A stretch of 64,000 nt of DNA from Tubulanus polymorphus (taxonomy: Eukaryota; Animalia; Nemertea), in assembly GCF_964204645.1 (NCBI RefSeq), contig NC_134032.1, positions 9,164,275-9,228,274 on the forward strand, read 5' to 3'. The position numbers and the translations under genes are program-made. How positions within the stretch are numbered: position 1 is the first letter of the stretch; every line of letters starts with the position of its first letter. Positions 1 to 19,584 of the stretch are shown here, in pieces. The notes below the pieces were generated by a model. It was given only the letters and a program-made list of their open reading frames with translations, was not told the origin of the DNA and made no database searches.

Positions 1-860
1 TCTGCAATAGAATAAAACAATATCATTCATCAGTAATTAGAGTAAAACCTCATTTATGCAAATTAGCAACTTACCCATTTAGGGCTATTATATACCTGAG
101 TTCCAAGAAGCTTCTTTTGGTTTATCCTTGTCAAGGATGTTATCATGCTTATGTCCACCTACAACAAAGAATCCTTCACAAGGACTTGAAACTGCCTTGC
201 CATTTTTCCATCTTTCAGGATTACTCCTTCATAGCATGTTGTCCCGGTTTTAGTACTAAACAGTTTAGTATTTTTCATTGCAAATGAGTTTCATCTATCT
301 AAAAACCGATGATTACTTACTGGATGTTGTGAAGAACACATTTTTTCCAGCACTTTAGCAACAGTCTCTTTGCATGAAGTTGTCAAACTTCAGTGACCGT
401 ATCTTTTTGCATTTAGACACGCAAATGCAATATCTATTTAGAGAATCTGCAATAGAATAAAACAATACCATTCATCGGTAATTGGAGTAACACCTCGTTT
501 ATGCAAATGAGCATCTTATACATTTAGGGCTATTATATACCTGAGTTCCTAGAAGCTTGTTTTGGTTTATCCTTCCTTGTCAAGGATGTTATCATGCTTA
601 TGTCCACCTACAACAAAGAATCCTTCACAAGGACTTGAAACTTCCTTGCCAATTTTTTCAACTTTCAGGATTACTCCTTTATAGCACGTTGTCTCAGTTT
701 TAGTACTGAACAGTTTAGTCTTTTTCATTGCTGTCGCCTGATAATGATAAACTGATTTAGAACTCATTGCATGTACTAGGGCAGATTTTTTGGAAGTGTA
801 AAGGATAGGGAGGGGTTGAAAATTGGTAAATTCTTTGGGAGCATTCAAATAGTCCGTACA
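1..860 (-). repeat. ~445-bp tandem duplication of a decayed exon/intron segment; a third copy lies at ~15065-15560
   Basis: 'tctgcaatagaataaaacaata.cattcat' occurs at 1 and ~446 and, slightly diverged, at ~15188. ORFs 567..992 and 15241..15558 share PILYTSKKSALVHAMSSK.VYHYQATA. Confidence 0.85.
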
Positions 861-1199
861 GCCAGTTTTACCGTTTTTTAGACCCCCTCCCCATTGTATG
901 ATCTTGGTACTTATTTCATTGACACCGCCCCCAACCCGTACGTATATTTTGAAAGCCCTGCTCAAATCAAAAAATAAGACATAACATAACACTTAATCCA
1001 ACTTAATTGAACTTTTGCCCTACCTTCACTTAAAAACATCGGGAGTCGGTGTGTCTAGGTAGATCGTCGCTATTCAAATCTAGCGATAGAGAAAAAAAGC
1101 GATACCCCGTGCTGTGTCTCTATCATGTTCTCTATAACTGGCCGCTGTAACTTTTCGGTCCCAAATGCTCTAATGTCAAAGTTAAATCCTTAAAAATCC

Positions 1200-2870
1200 A
1201 ATCAGTGATGACCAGTATTACGGTAGGCCCGGTACAGATTTGTGATGACGTTTCATTTGGGTCGCCAACAGGAAATACATGGGACATTTCTTGCATGATC
1301 TCTGTTCCAAAATATTTTTCGTTACGAGTATATCATATGGGACCTCCAATTAATACTCTTCCGTTACAATATCTGGTTTTCATTTGCCCGCACCGAGTGC
1401 AATGGATTGCCATAATGTACCATCATATACAATGTTGCCATCGGATATATTTCCTGGCTCAACTTTTAAACCGGTGGGGGTTTGAGTCAACGGATATGGT
1501 GCTGGTAAGAATCTGCCACCGACGACCTTATGGATACCGCCATTGTCTTCAGGAAACACGGATTTTCATCTCATCAGTTAGTACAGTTTTTTCAATTTCT
1601 TGCAATTTCATCAACATGGCTACCTCTGCGTAATGCGTGTGCGCAGTACTGCTTTCGTGTTTCCCACTGCGTACAGCAATGTACGTCGGGCCACATTAAG
1701 ATACTGCATTCGGTTTGATGATACATCCCCCGAAGACGGATGGTATCAAATTGTGTTTAGCAGCGACAAAAAAATCATGGTCAGGCAAGTTGGCTCTTTA
1801 ATTCATGCGCATCAATAAGGGGGCCGGTTTATTTGCTGCTGTAAGCCCTATTGGTACATGTGCCTTGTCATTACAAGAAATGACACAAAACACTGTAGGC
1901 CTAATAGATGACGCAACTTGCTTTAAGTGACTGACGGTCGTATAATCAAAATTTGATGCTGGGTGCTTCTTCCTCAGATTATTTTGTGCCCTCACAAGCT
2001 TAACTGGCACTGTATTTTTAAATAGCACTTGCCCTCAGTAGACGTGGAACCTCAAATATGCAGCAGATCGACTTATTGTGTACCCTCGTTTCTGCAATTC
2101 AGTTTTCATGTCATCTTGTGATTTACATAAACACAATATTTCACTGCGTCGCCTATTATCTGCCAATGCATCCTGGGTTAACAAGGTGACTATAATAGTT
2201 TTTAGCAAACCTGGCTGGTCAACTTCCAGTCGGGGCCTCCCTTGTTCTTTTCTATTGAACGTCTTAACTTGCTTGCCACCTCCGGATTTATTTCGGATAC
2301 ATTTTGAATTGCATCTTTCAAATATGTCACTGAGAGGGTTTTAGCTCAAAACCTAACTGACGCAGTCCCTCTTAATGACTTTGCTTCTTTTCGCAACTTT
2401 GTTGTAAACTGCACACGAGAGTGGCAATCCTTTATCACTTAGTACAATTCTGTGACTCTTACTGCCAAAGCAGGTTCAATGTCTGGCTTTACAAAATGAT
2501 GGGTCACAACTTTGACAATGGAATTAAACTGAAATAGATATACAACATTTATTGATTTGGGTCGACCAAGCCATCTCTATTACTTCGAATAGAACGCTAC
2601 CCAGCTTTAAGTTGGTGTGCGGGAATACCAGCTGGGATAATAACATTGCTGAGGTGAGTTAAGATGGCTTCGACTTTCTGTAAATCCTCTTCTGCCGGCC
2701 GCAGTTTAAAACCGCCAATACTGGCCATAGCCTGATCCATCCATAAATCAATTTGCTCCTTGTGTGTCTTTGCATCGACGGATAGAGGCAACATATAAGA
2801 TGTGTCATCGACATCATCTTTGCAAGTTTCAACAGCAACCTCGCAAGCAAAGTCAACAAATATCACATGA
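1200..2870 (-). pseudogene. Degenerate Zator-like DDE transposase
   Basis: Minus-strand frames give GRPRLEVDQPGLL, ADNRRRSE, TVPVKL, NDKAHVPIGLTAANK.APLLM, LPDHDF..AKH.LIPSV and GPTYIAVRSGKH, in the order I recall for Zator transposases. Many stops and frameshifts. Confidence 0.6.
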
Positions 2871-3500
2871 ATGATATCTAATCTATCTTAAGAACTCATA
2901 ATGAGTTAAAGAGAAACACAGCACTCTAAAGTCTGTATAGATAATAAAAAATATACTTACTTACTTTGAGTAAATACAAAGTAACAGCACCTCACGGGCC
3001 TGGATAAATTTGATTCAAGACAGCACCACACGAGTCCCTTAAAAACGTCTGAATTCTTCCAAACAGTAAAAAGTAAACAACCAAAAACTTAGCTGAAAAA
3101 AAGAAAATATTAAATTTAGCCTTATGAAAATTACATATATAAGGCGTCGATGAAATAAAGAAAATAAGGATACCTAAAGATATGAATGGGAGAATTCATC
3201 TTCCACATCTACATGTGACTAGAAGAAAACGGCAAATTTACACTTTTTGCAGCTTACTAAGTATTTTTGAAATTACACACACACGATGTAATAGATAATA
3301 GATAGATAATAATAGATAATAGATTTAATCCATTATAGTGGTTATAATGGCTATTTTAACTTGACTTGAGAGGACATCAGGTGGCCTAGCTCGCTCATAT
3401 TTGGTAGAATATACGTGATAAAGGTCTTGTTGAGACCAGAGAGGACTGGTTAAAAGCGTCGTTTTCTAATCCATTCTTCACTGTCTATAAGGATGGAAAA

Positions 3501-3564
3501 CGGTATTCGAAAAACGCCTAATGAAAAACACCGAATCGGAAAACGCATAACGCCTAATTCCTAG
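3501..3564 (+). repeat. Left TIR of the MULE
   Basis: cggtattcgaaaaacgcctaatgaaaaacaccgaatcggaaaacgcataacgcctaattcctag is the exact reverse complement of 12078-12141. Confidence 0.95.
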
Positions 3565-3785
3565 AAAATGACCTAATTTAGAAGCTGTGCTATTTACCGA
3601 TATTGTCACTTTCGTTACATACTATTTAGTGATACTCACAATCCAATTCAATTACATAACGGAAAAATGGCAGCTTTCTCAACCGATGATATTAGAAAGA
3701 TCAGAAGGGTTAGTATCAAGAGGGTTTATGGTTAAATACTATGGGGTAGGCTTTACATAGTTACAAAATGCGGTTTCGGAACCTC

Positions 3786-3850
3786 GCATCGCTAGTGCTG
3801 CGGTAAAACGTTACGCTTACACTCCGGTGTTAGCGTGTTCGACTCCTGAC
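3786..3850 (+). other. Degenerate tRNA-like (A box/B box) sequence inside the MULE subterminal region
   Basis: A-box-like TAGTGCTGCGG, Val-type loop CTTACAC, B box GTTCGACTC. Stems are broken, so this is not a functional tRNA. Confidence 0.45.
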
Positions 3851-4902
3851 TTTTTGGGGTATTTTTCAAGAGTTTTTAAGTCCATACAGTCAATGTGCAT
3901 GACGAGCCTATTAGGATCTACCCTTTAAAACCGGCCTTGAATTTTGAATGCCGGAATCATTAGATGGTCGTGCATAAATATTGTACAACGGCAACGCGCA
4001 CGAAGACTGATAGCCTTTCTCAAATAATCCTCCAACGGTTCACATCCACGCTATGTGAGTCTAATTCAGATTAGGCCTACCAACGAGAGATGTAAATGAT
4101 CTCAGCCCCTGAACTCAAAGACAAAAATAATAAACTAAGTTCCATATCAAAAATAAATGTCTTTTATTATCATGAAATAATAACAAGATTTATTAGCAGT
4201 ATAAAACCGGTACACTTACGTATCACTTCGGTACACTCCCTGATTTCTTATCAACTTCTCTCTTCGTTACACATAATTGAGTCAAGGGAATTAAAAATAT
4301 AAGAAGTTGTGCATGCATACTTTATGGATGGCCACGTAGGCTTACACCCAAGGAAATACTTGTACTTTAACAACTGACGTATTTACCTAATTAATATGTC
4401 CGTAAATCACCAGCAGTGGACAGTGGAACTAAAACATCAATTTTTTCATGCATTTTACGCTATATTGAAGGAATGTCAAAAGTTCTCTAATTTACTAAAA
4501 CAGAATCGGAGAAAAAAGTCTTCATTTTCTGTTTCCAATGTCTAAATTACCTACAAACCATGATAAAAATGTTTTGAAAATACACGTATCTCGGTTTGTA
4601 GGCATAGAAACAGAAGGCATATTTTCAAACTTTATTGACACATTGATCTGGGACATTGGGAAGGTTGGTACTTTATAACCAAAACTGAGTTACTTCACCC
4701 AAATAAGGTTAAATAGACATTGGAAGTATTAAATGAAAAACTGAAAAATGATAAGTTTTCTTACCAATGCATAAATACATATATTTCTTCACTAATCAAT
4801 GCATAGGCTACAAACTGGTACACAAACTCGATAGATCACACTCGATCCACTGAAAATAAGAGTTAAATGATAATCAGAAAAATTGAATTCATTGATCTAA
4901 AA

Positions 4903-11335
<6,433 letters not shown>

Positions 11336-12077
11336 AGGAATGGTTAATTACAGTGAAACTAGAAGAAACAAGGAATTAGTGTCATAGGCCTATGTGAATT
11401 GAATGTGGTGACGTACATATACAGATATACAGAATTAGATAAATACTAAAAATCACTGAGCTGCGTGACAATTGAAGGAAAAAGGTTTACAGAAAATTCC
11501 AGATTCGAACCCTCTTCTGTATGGACCCTTTTACCTTTTAATCATAAACGTCATTTTTTAAAATTATAATAATTAATTGATGTCCTCGATCCCATTTTTA
11601 TAATAAAGGCTAGAATACCACTAAGTTTTGGTTAGGTTAACTGAGTGTAATATTAGTAGTTTAGCTGACCTGTATACTGTAAGTCGTTAGTAGATTGGAA
11701 GGATGATAGAGGCTAAAAAGTAGGCCAACATTCCAACATTCAACAAGTTGAAGCAGCAAAAATAAAAAATCATCGCTGACGCTAGGCCTATAGTACTACT
11801 TATTCGGCCTACGCAAGTAGTAGAAGTAACGAAGGTTAAACATTAAACAATAATCAAAAAGAATACCTACTGCTGAATAATCAATCAAACGTAGTACCGA
11901 TAATCGTGTTTTTGTAGCGTAACCAAACGAACGTCGAACGTTAGTAGAAACGGAACAAGCGGGGCTCCACGCACTCTTCAACCGTAAAAATGTCAATCCA
12001 ATTTATTGCAAAAGACCGTATCGGTTTTTTGCGTTACATAGTTCACGTAGGGATTTAGGTCAATTTCTTGGATATTG

Positions 12078-12141
12078 CTAGGAATTAGGCGTTATGCGTT
12101 TTCCGATTCGGTGTTTTTCATTAGGCGTTTTTCGAATACCG
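12078..12141 (-). repeat. Right TIR of the MULE
   Basis: Reverse complement of 3501-3564, followed by the second TSD copy. Confidence 0.95.
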
Positions 12142-12559
12142 GATGGAAAAGGTCTTCATTGAAATCACAGCGGTTGTGGATATGCTTGAATTTTACTTCC
12201 GGGTAGTTGATTAATCTGCGTTGTATTACCTGCATCACATACAACAAACTACTTTTATTCGATTCATTTTACCAAAATGTGTTGCTTGCAATATTATAGT
12301 TTATATCCAATTCCTTAGCTGACTTAAGAGTACTCAAACCCCTCTAGCAGGTGGATGTTACGGTTTAGTTCCAACCATTCTTAGTCTGGTGATGACCGAA
12401 GGGCTTGACCTATAGTTTTATGGACATTCACATGATCACTGGTTGTTTTTTTAAATGAAACGTCTTCTGATTTACATCTTTCAACAAATTACTAATAAGT
12501 AAGGCTAAGGCATAATCCTCTGTTTTTCCACCTGGCAAATTATCAATTTGCACGATTGC

Positions 12560-13460
12560 AATAAACATTTAAGTTAACTTCAGACACATGACTTCCATCA
12601 AGTGAAGTTGCGTCCCAGGCGAATTGAACAACTGAAATTTGTGAATTAATGAACGTTTTGTATTGCTCGGATCGATAAATGAGTCAAGAGAACTTGTGGC
12701 GCCGTGTTTAGTGTACTTTCGAGATGTCTAAAACTATAGAGACAATTGATTAAATTTGTCGTAGTTTTATGGATAATCTATTGAAATATAAATCAATTCC
12801 AACGTATTCAAAATTTTGATACTTATTTTTTGCAAGCCAGAGGATATACTGATGAAAAAAAGACTTTACTTTTGATGTGCGGACGATTGCTGCACTGTAC
12901 TAATTTGCATAATTGAACAACGAACAGATAAACCAGATTTCTTAGGCGTATAATCATATAATGTGCAGCTAATGCAATGCTTCTAGCGCAACAGACTGAA
13001 ATTTACCAGTGTCCGAAGAAATAACGGATACAATGCCGTGGTGACTTGCATGTCTTCGGCGCTGCCATGTACCATCAATGGATACCATGCAGTCACAACT
13101 AACTTTTGCTTTAACTCTTCTGCTGCAGCAGCCTTCTTTGCAATCAAGAGCAACAGCTTTATTCACACCATGGTTGTGCTTACGATGTTGTAGGTAACTT
13201 TTTGTGTCATTGGTGAATTGGTAAGCAGAAAGACTTTTGAACTGTGTTATAGTGTCATATGACTTTATAATTATGCGAACAATTCGGATATTTACCTCAT
13301 GCGTAGAACATTTTCCTTCATCAGTCTTTTTAGTTTCAAAACTATTCACTGATTCTCTCACGCGTTACATTACAGAGATATTCTATGCCCAAGGCCTTGT
13401 TTAGCATTGCGATCGATCTAACAGCCAACATTGCTTGCATATTGATGTCATTTTAATAAT
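12560..13460 (-). pseudogene. Decayed Mutator-like transposase (DGTWQ type)
   Basis: VSIDGTWQRRRHASHHGIVSVISSDTGK in ORF 12969..13361, with DINMQAMLAVRSI upstream. Frame is broken. Confidence 0.7.
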
Positions 13461-13595
13461 ATTGACGGGTTTTAACACAGTCTGCTGTCAATTAGAATAA
13501 ACCCTTCTTCATGATGGTGATGATCTAGCAGGGGGTTCAATGGATGATGATGCTTAACTTGTCTGAGGCTGTTCGTTGTAGAAGAACCTAAAAAA

Positions 13596-13611
13596 CACAC
13601 ACACGCACGCA

Positions 13612-13643
<32 letters not shown>

Positions 13644-13654
13644 CACACACACAC
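13596..13654. repeat. Compound (CA)n/(GCAC)n microsatellite
   Basis: Read directly from the sequence. Confidence 0.95.
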
Positions 13655-14638
13655 AGGATTTAAGTTGGAATATTTAATTACTAATCTAAACTAAACTAAA
13701 CTAAACTGTATCTAAGACAGCTGCCAGTACAAGAAAATAGAAAATATACATTTACAATAGACAGGCAAAAAGTCCACAATGAGTTCTGTTCGGCCACCTG
13801 CGACACGCGGAAATACGGTAACGCGAAAATACACCAACGCAAAGTACGCAAAACGCAAAGTACGCGAAAGGTTGATAATCCTCTGTGGTCTGACGAACGA
13901 ACACCGTCACGTCACGGCTGACGTAGATCTCACGAATTAATACACGAATGGAAAGACGACAGACATCATCGTCATCGACTCGAAGTACATCTAATACCAA
14001 TAACGCAAGGTATATTCACATGTTGAATAGACTAGACGGGGTCATTTGGCACGGACCCTAGTCTTTCACAAACACATCACGTTCAATGAACGGAAAAGAA
14101 AACGTTGATCAGTTGAAATACACGACGACTGATAACTACTAGTAGGCCTAGACCTAACTACGGAGAAGGCCTGTTCTTAAATCTTAAAAAATCATAACGT
14201 TCTCCAGCCCATGTATAAAAATCCAGGCAGATGAAAAACTAAGTCTGCTGGTTGGCTGGTTGCCAAAACGAAATCTGGCTCTATGCACTCACATGTTACA
14301 TCAAACCATCTGACAGGCTACAATTCAGCTCAAACCACTGCTCCTAATCAACTACTACATTTTGAGCAACAAAATGCTTACTAATATTGGCTTTTACCAC
14401 CAAAATTGAGGAAAACTTTCAACATCTATTGTGTTTTCCTTCCACATCATGGCCGACTGAGTACACGTGTTCAGTAGAGGGCAGCACTATATAAACTATA
14501 TCTACAGAGGCTCACTTGCCAGGGGTTAGAAAAAGAAACTAATAATGGGACTATGGAACAGAGGCTGTGAAATAGCCGTCGGCAACTTGAAAACACAACA
14601 CAATATTTGACCATTCTTTGCCAATATTCTTGTATTTG

Positions 14639-16530
14639 TCAAACTTTATCCATACATGACAAACCAACAGAGATGATGACCGTGTCTTTAACAGGTCTGG
14701 ACTGTTGCTGGACCAAAGCCCTGGCCACAGCTAAGTCCACTGCATTATCAGATTTAAGTACCTTACTGTCTGAATGTGTTTTGTGCAGCTTGAGCACATA
14801 ACCACTTAAGATATCTCCTCCAAACAAACCTGTATGTGCATATGAGTCATTAACACCTGGATTCCTTGTTACTGGCGTTGAGCTGACTTGGTTTTGTTCT
14901 ATCAGGTTCTCAGTGACATTCATTTCAAAATATCCATGATACTGTACCAAAGCAATGGAATTTGTTGTATTAGCGGATTTCCAAGAAAGTCTGTCTTACT
15001 TGTTAACCCTTAACTTGCCGCAGTTATTCTATTTGACAGAACTATTGAAATTTTGATATGCTCCCTTACTGGATGTTGTGAAGAACATATTTTTCCCAGC
15101 ACTCTTGCAGCAGTCTCTTGGTTGTCACACTTCGATGACCGTATCTTTTTGCATTTAGACACGCACATGCAATATCTATTTAGAGAAGCTGTAATAGAAT
15201 AAAACAATATCATTCATAAGTAATTAGAGTAAGACCTCTTTTATGCAAATGAGCAACTTTTAGGGCTATTATATAGCTGAGTTCCTAGAAGCTTCTTTTG
15301 CTTTATCCTCATCAAGGATATTATCATGCTTATGTCCATCCACAACAAAGAATTGTTCACAAGGACTTGGAACTTCTTTGTCATTTTTCCAACTTTCAGG
15401 ATTACTCCTTTATAGCACTTTGGCCCAGTTTTAGTACTGAACAGTTCAATCTTTTTCAATGCTGTCGCCTGATAATGATAAACTGTTTTAGAACTCATTG
15501 CATGTACTAGGGCAGATTTTTTCGAAGTGTAGAGTATAGGGGGGTTTAAAATTGGCAAAGCTGTTTTATTTATTTACAGCTTTCGAAGGTTCTGTTGTAA
15601 TCTTTCGACACTGTATTTTTCAATGATTCTCTTTATGTCTGAATATTTCTCCGCTACTGACACCATCTTCCAAGCTGGCGTGTACATCCCTGATTGCTTG
15701 GAACTCATCGGTCGTGTATCTTGAATGCCGTTTTACGCGCTGGAAAACAATATGGATAAGAATGATCCTGGAACTTTCTTCCTCGGTGAAACAAATGAAC
15801 ATGAACTTACCACCGATACATCTGTCGCGCTCGGTGCTACTTCGTTTGGTTCTTCATCTGAACTTGTCCCGACTGGTTGGCCACTCGTTGCGGTTTCATC
15901 TGATTGTAGACTCGTTGCGCTTTCGTCTTGTTGGACACTCGTTACGGTTTTGTCATGCACAGATTCATCTTCAAAAATTGTCTCTTTAGGGGGCACTTGT
16001 ACTGGACGCCCATGCGATGCGTTCAACTTCCTGTAAAACGAGCTGAGAAAAAGAAAGAACTGGTTATGCTTGGCGAAACAAAATCGAGTCCGAAAGTCCG
16101 TTTGACCGCTTTGCTGACACTTATCATTCCTTTTTGGCCGTCTTTGAGATAGTAGAACCTTTGAACAGTCTTCTCGGCTTCCAGTATGTACTGCGACAGT
16201 TGTGTTCGTAGTTCGGGACGTTTATGTACCAGTGCTGTCATTATTGATTTATGTATTATGGTTGTTGTAATCCGACTTTTGCTGATAGTGTTCTTGACAT
16301 TTTGTTGTAACGGTCTGGAAAACATCGTGAAAGATTACTCGCTGAATTTCCTTTTGCAAAATGATTGATATGATTACTGACCAGTTGAGGTAATGCGAAG
16401 ATAGAGCGCCTCCCTCAAATTTGGGCCAAATTGTAATATCCATTTCCTTAACAAAGCGTTTGGTGTACAATTTTAGGTAGTCGAAAGGTACCGCCTCCAA
16501 ATGGATAAATCCAGCACCATACTTCGCCAT
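14639..16530 (-). pseudogene. Frameshifted relic of an unidentified, probably TE-borne, gene
   Basis: Chain of overlapping minus-strand ORFs (16249-16530, 16023-16325, 15733-16026, 15241-15558, 14639-14950). Part is duplicated at 1-860. No family recognised. Confidence 0.4.
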
Positions 16531-16999
16531 CGTCTTATGAGAGATAACCTGAAAAAGGAAATATGCTAAAAATGTAACAATAAGTGTTCATAATAAAGAT
16601 AAGAACTTTCGCTATGTTTCACAACTTCCCGTTATGTATTTATCTATTTATTTTCCTATTATGTTTTTGTAAGAGATGGTCACTCTTCAAGAAACTCAAA
16701 GGTTGGGAAAAACCAAGAGAAGAAATCGGAAAGATGAATACTTTCAGGGAATAATTCATAACAGGAAGTCTCCTCATGAACCCTGAAAGATTGTTATCCG
16801 AAAACATCCTTGAAGAAAAACAACTTTGAGAATAAGGACTAAGACATATGTAACTAAAGAGAATCAGTGCTAAGTATGACTTACTTAGAAAATTAATCCC
16901 TCCCCCATAGTTCCGAAATCTTAGTAGGCTAATACACACCTAAGAAAATGCACCGAGACTCATTAATTAAGCACATTTTTGCCTTTTATAGAGCCTAAA

Positions 17000-17332
17000 T
17001 TATAATAATGATAATAATTTATTTTCTTATAAAGCCCAAGTCTAAAACATAATCATTGCGCTTGACATTAAAAAGAAAACATACATAAAATAGACACATA
17101 TAAGAAAAAAAATTACATACTAGTGGAATACTTGACTAGAAGTTATGACAAATATGTTCGATTAAAAAGAAAAGTTTTGAGACTAGTTTTAAAAGATTGA
17201 ACAGTAGGACTAGTTTTAACATGACTAGGAAGCCTATTCCATAATGCTGGCGCCGCACACCCAAAAGCCCTCTCACCAACTTCCGATTTGACTTAGGTAT
17301 GACTAGATTATTGGTTACTGAATTGGATCTAA
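17000..17332 (-). mobile_element. 3' end of an L2/CR1-type LINE
   Basis: Minus strand encodes approximately LVIPKSKSEVGERAFGCAAPALWNRLPSHVKTSPTVQSFKTSLKTFLF, followed by a TTA-type tail near 17000. Confidence 0.75.
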
Positions 17333-19584
17333 CCCTGGGTTGCCCAGAATTGCAGAATTCATAGAAAAAATTTTGTGGCCATGGGATTATAATCATTACC
17401 ATGCAAGATAAACAAATATTACAAAATTTTTGGGATGTGGACCTCTTGACCTACATTTCCATCATGGGTCATATGTGACCCAGTGGGCAAAACAGGATAC
17501 AAAACCTTTAAAAAACTTGAACTAAAAACTTAATTCAATAGCCATTATCTTTATTTTATAATCATAAGGCTTTCCAACTGACAATATTTCTATCATTTCA
17601 TATGATATTCTTTATAACAATTACGACTACTTTGAAACAAAGTGTCACCTGACACTTTTCGCACTTAGTGTCAGTTTTAATTTTACAGATCATACATCGG
17701 AACCTTGTGTCAGTTTTTATTGGCCAGTGAGCAATTTGGTCGTACCTAACATCATCACATGCAGCATTTCTCACCATTTTTCTTGGTGGTGGGGACATTT
17801 CATCCTGCAGTGATGGGCGACCTGGCCTTCCAACTTGGGTTCCAACCTCGACAAGAGCTTGGGCTAAGATTGCCTGAAATTTTCTCAATTTCATATGATT
17901 TTTGACTGGCACATTGTGGATTCTACAATCCCGTCTGTACAAAAGCCAGGCATTTATACAGGCAACAGAGTAGAAATGGAAAAACAAGATGGTATACCAA
18001 CGCCTAGTTCGGTACCTGTATTTACATCTCGTCAAATGCGAATCCAGCATATCTACTCCGCCCATAAAGGCATTATACTCTTTGATCATCTTTGGACAAG
18101 GAACATCTCTATATTCTTTTTTTGTTTTATCCCATCTTCTCACTGTGGAATCAGGCAGGGGACCAATGTAACTAGACATTAAGGTAACTGGTTTTGTGTC
18201 CAACCATCTGCAACATACCACTTTTTCATTTTTTTCACAGAAATAGTTATATGTTCCTCTACCTTTTGCTTGCAACTCTTTTTCAGTTGGCAAAGGACAT
18301 TTTGCCACACGGTTTGCCCTAACAGTCCCAAGGTAATATAGTCCTCGAGACAGTAGCCTAACAATTAGTTCAATCGATGTGAACAAATTGTCAGCTAGGA
18401 TCTTGTACCCACAATTACTCTCAAGACTTTCACACAATTTCAGAACAACCTGACTACCTAAAGGAATTCCTGTCTTTGCATCACTCTTGCCCTGGTATAC
18501 TTCAAAATCATGCAATAGACCTGTTGTGTCACATCTACACCACACTTTATACCCCCAGGGATGTGGTTTGTTTTTGACATACTGACGAATTCCACTAAAT
18601 TTTCCCTTGTAAGGAACCATTTGTTCGTCCACACTTTGACGCTCATCAGGGGTTACTAATATACACTGTTCACGTAATTTAGTGAGGAACGGTCTCAATT
18701 TCCAAAGTTTGTCTGCTTTTTTAGCTTCGTCATCAACTTGATTATTGTCCACAAAATGTAAGGCACTGAGCAACAGTTCGAATCGATTCCTAGTCATAAC
18801 ATCACATACGGGTCCATATCTAATTTCTGTCTCCCAGTACATGTGAGTTGAAGGCATTTTGACAAGCCCCATTCTAAGATACATACCAAGCAATTGACAG
18901 ATTTCTTTGGCATTTGTTTTGACACACTTGTTGGGGCCAAATTTCTGAGCGCTATATAGGTTCGTGTGTGTTACTATCATGTCTATCATCTCACCTGTCA
19001 CAAAATGTGATAGATACTGCAGTGGAGTGTCAGTCACTCCATAATCATTAGTAAGTTTGATAGGCTCACCAGTAAATGCATTAATAGGTATATTGAATTC
19101 ACACTTAGACCATTTGTAATTCACAGTTTTTTTGCGTACAAGCTGTCGAACTCCGGCAAGTTGCGCCAATGGCACATCGTCTTCACCATCACTACTGTCT
19201 CCATCCGTTTCACTTTCATCATCTGTCTCATAAGTGGACCCTTCATCATCATCAGCATCTGGCCAGCCATTTCTGTCAGTTTCATCACCACTTTCGTCGT
19301 CATCTCCAAAATCACTGTCATCGGCACCGATTAGATCTATAACCTGATTTACTTTCAACCTCCCCTTTGGATTGCGTTGATTAGCCATTTCTGAGAAAAG
19401 AAAAAACAAGGAATGAGAAGTTCCATGATAAAATCCTATGTGCATAGTGTAGAATAACAATGTATTTATTGCTTTTATGGCGTTATAGAAGGCAACTTAC
19501 TTAAAAAGAATAACCATGATTTTCACATAAAACGTACAGACCTACCCCAAGGGTCATATTTGACCCCTTCAAAAACAAGCGTTT
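17333..19584 (-). mobile_element. piggyBac family A, copy 1; its 5' end is interrupted by an EnSpm-like element
   Basis: Terminus CCCTGGGTTGCCC after CTAA. Palindrome GGGTCATA.TGACCC near both ends (~17467, ~19551). Near-identical to 54716-55970. Confidence 0.9.
17598..19388 (-). CDS. piggyBac transposase with a 1-bp frameshift in the last codons of the Cys-rich domain
   Basis: SVDEQM, ADNLF and GGVDMLD catalytic aspartate motifs, acidic N-terminus, C-terminal CxxC motifs. Ends CFKVVV whereas copy 2 ends CFNGSRNCYNEYH. Likely start MANQRN. Confidence 0.85.
   Translation of the reverse strand: MANQRNPKGRLKVNQVIDLIGADDSDFGDDDESGDETDRNGWPDADDDEGSTYETDDESETDGDSSDGEDDVPLAQLAGVRQLVRKKTVNYKWSKCEFNIPINAFTGEPIKLTNDYGVTDTPLQYLSHFVTGEMIDMIVTHTNLYSAQKFGPNKCVKTNAKEICQLLGMYLRMGLVKMPSTHMYWETEIRYGPVCDVMTRNRFELLLSALHFVDNNQVDDEAKKADKLWKLRPFLTKLREQCILVTPDERQSVDEQMVPYKGKFSGIRQYVKNKPHPWGYKVWCRCDTTGLLHDFEVYQGKSDAKTGIPLGSQVVLKLCESLESNCGYKILADNLFTSIELIVRLLSRGLYYLGTVRANRVAKCPLPTEKELQAKGRGTYNYFCEKNEKVVCCRWLDTKPVTLMSSYIGPLPDSTVRRWDKTKKEYRDVPCPKMIKEYNAFMGGVDMLDSHLTRCKYRYRTRRWYTILFFHFYSVACINAWLLYRRDCRIHNVPVKNHMKLRKFQAILAQALVEVGTQVGRPGRPSLQDEMSPPPRKMVRNAACDDVRYDQIAHWPIKTDTRFRCMICKIKTDTKCEKCQVTLCFKVVVIVIKNII

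Noticed and set aside
930-960. Possible TIR of the Zator relic (GGGCTTTCAAAATATACGTACG on the minus strand)
   Set aside because: It faces away from the Zator ORF and has no partner in the window.
13472-13654. ORF MCVCVCVCACVR
   Set aside because: It is a translation of the CA/GCAC microsatellite.
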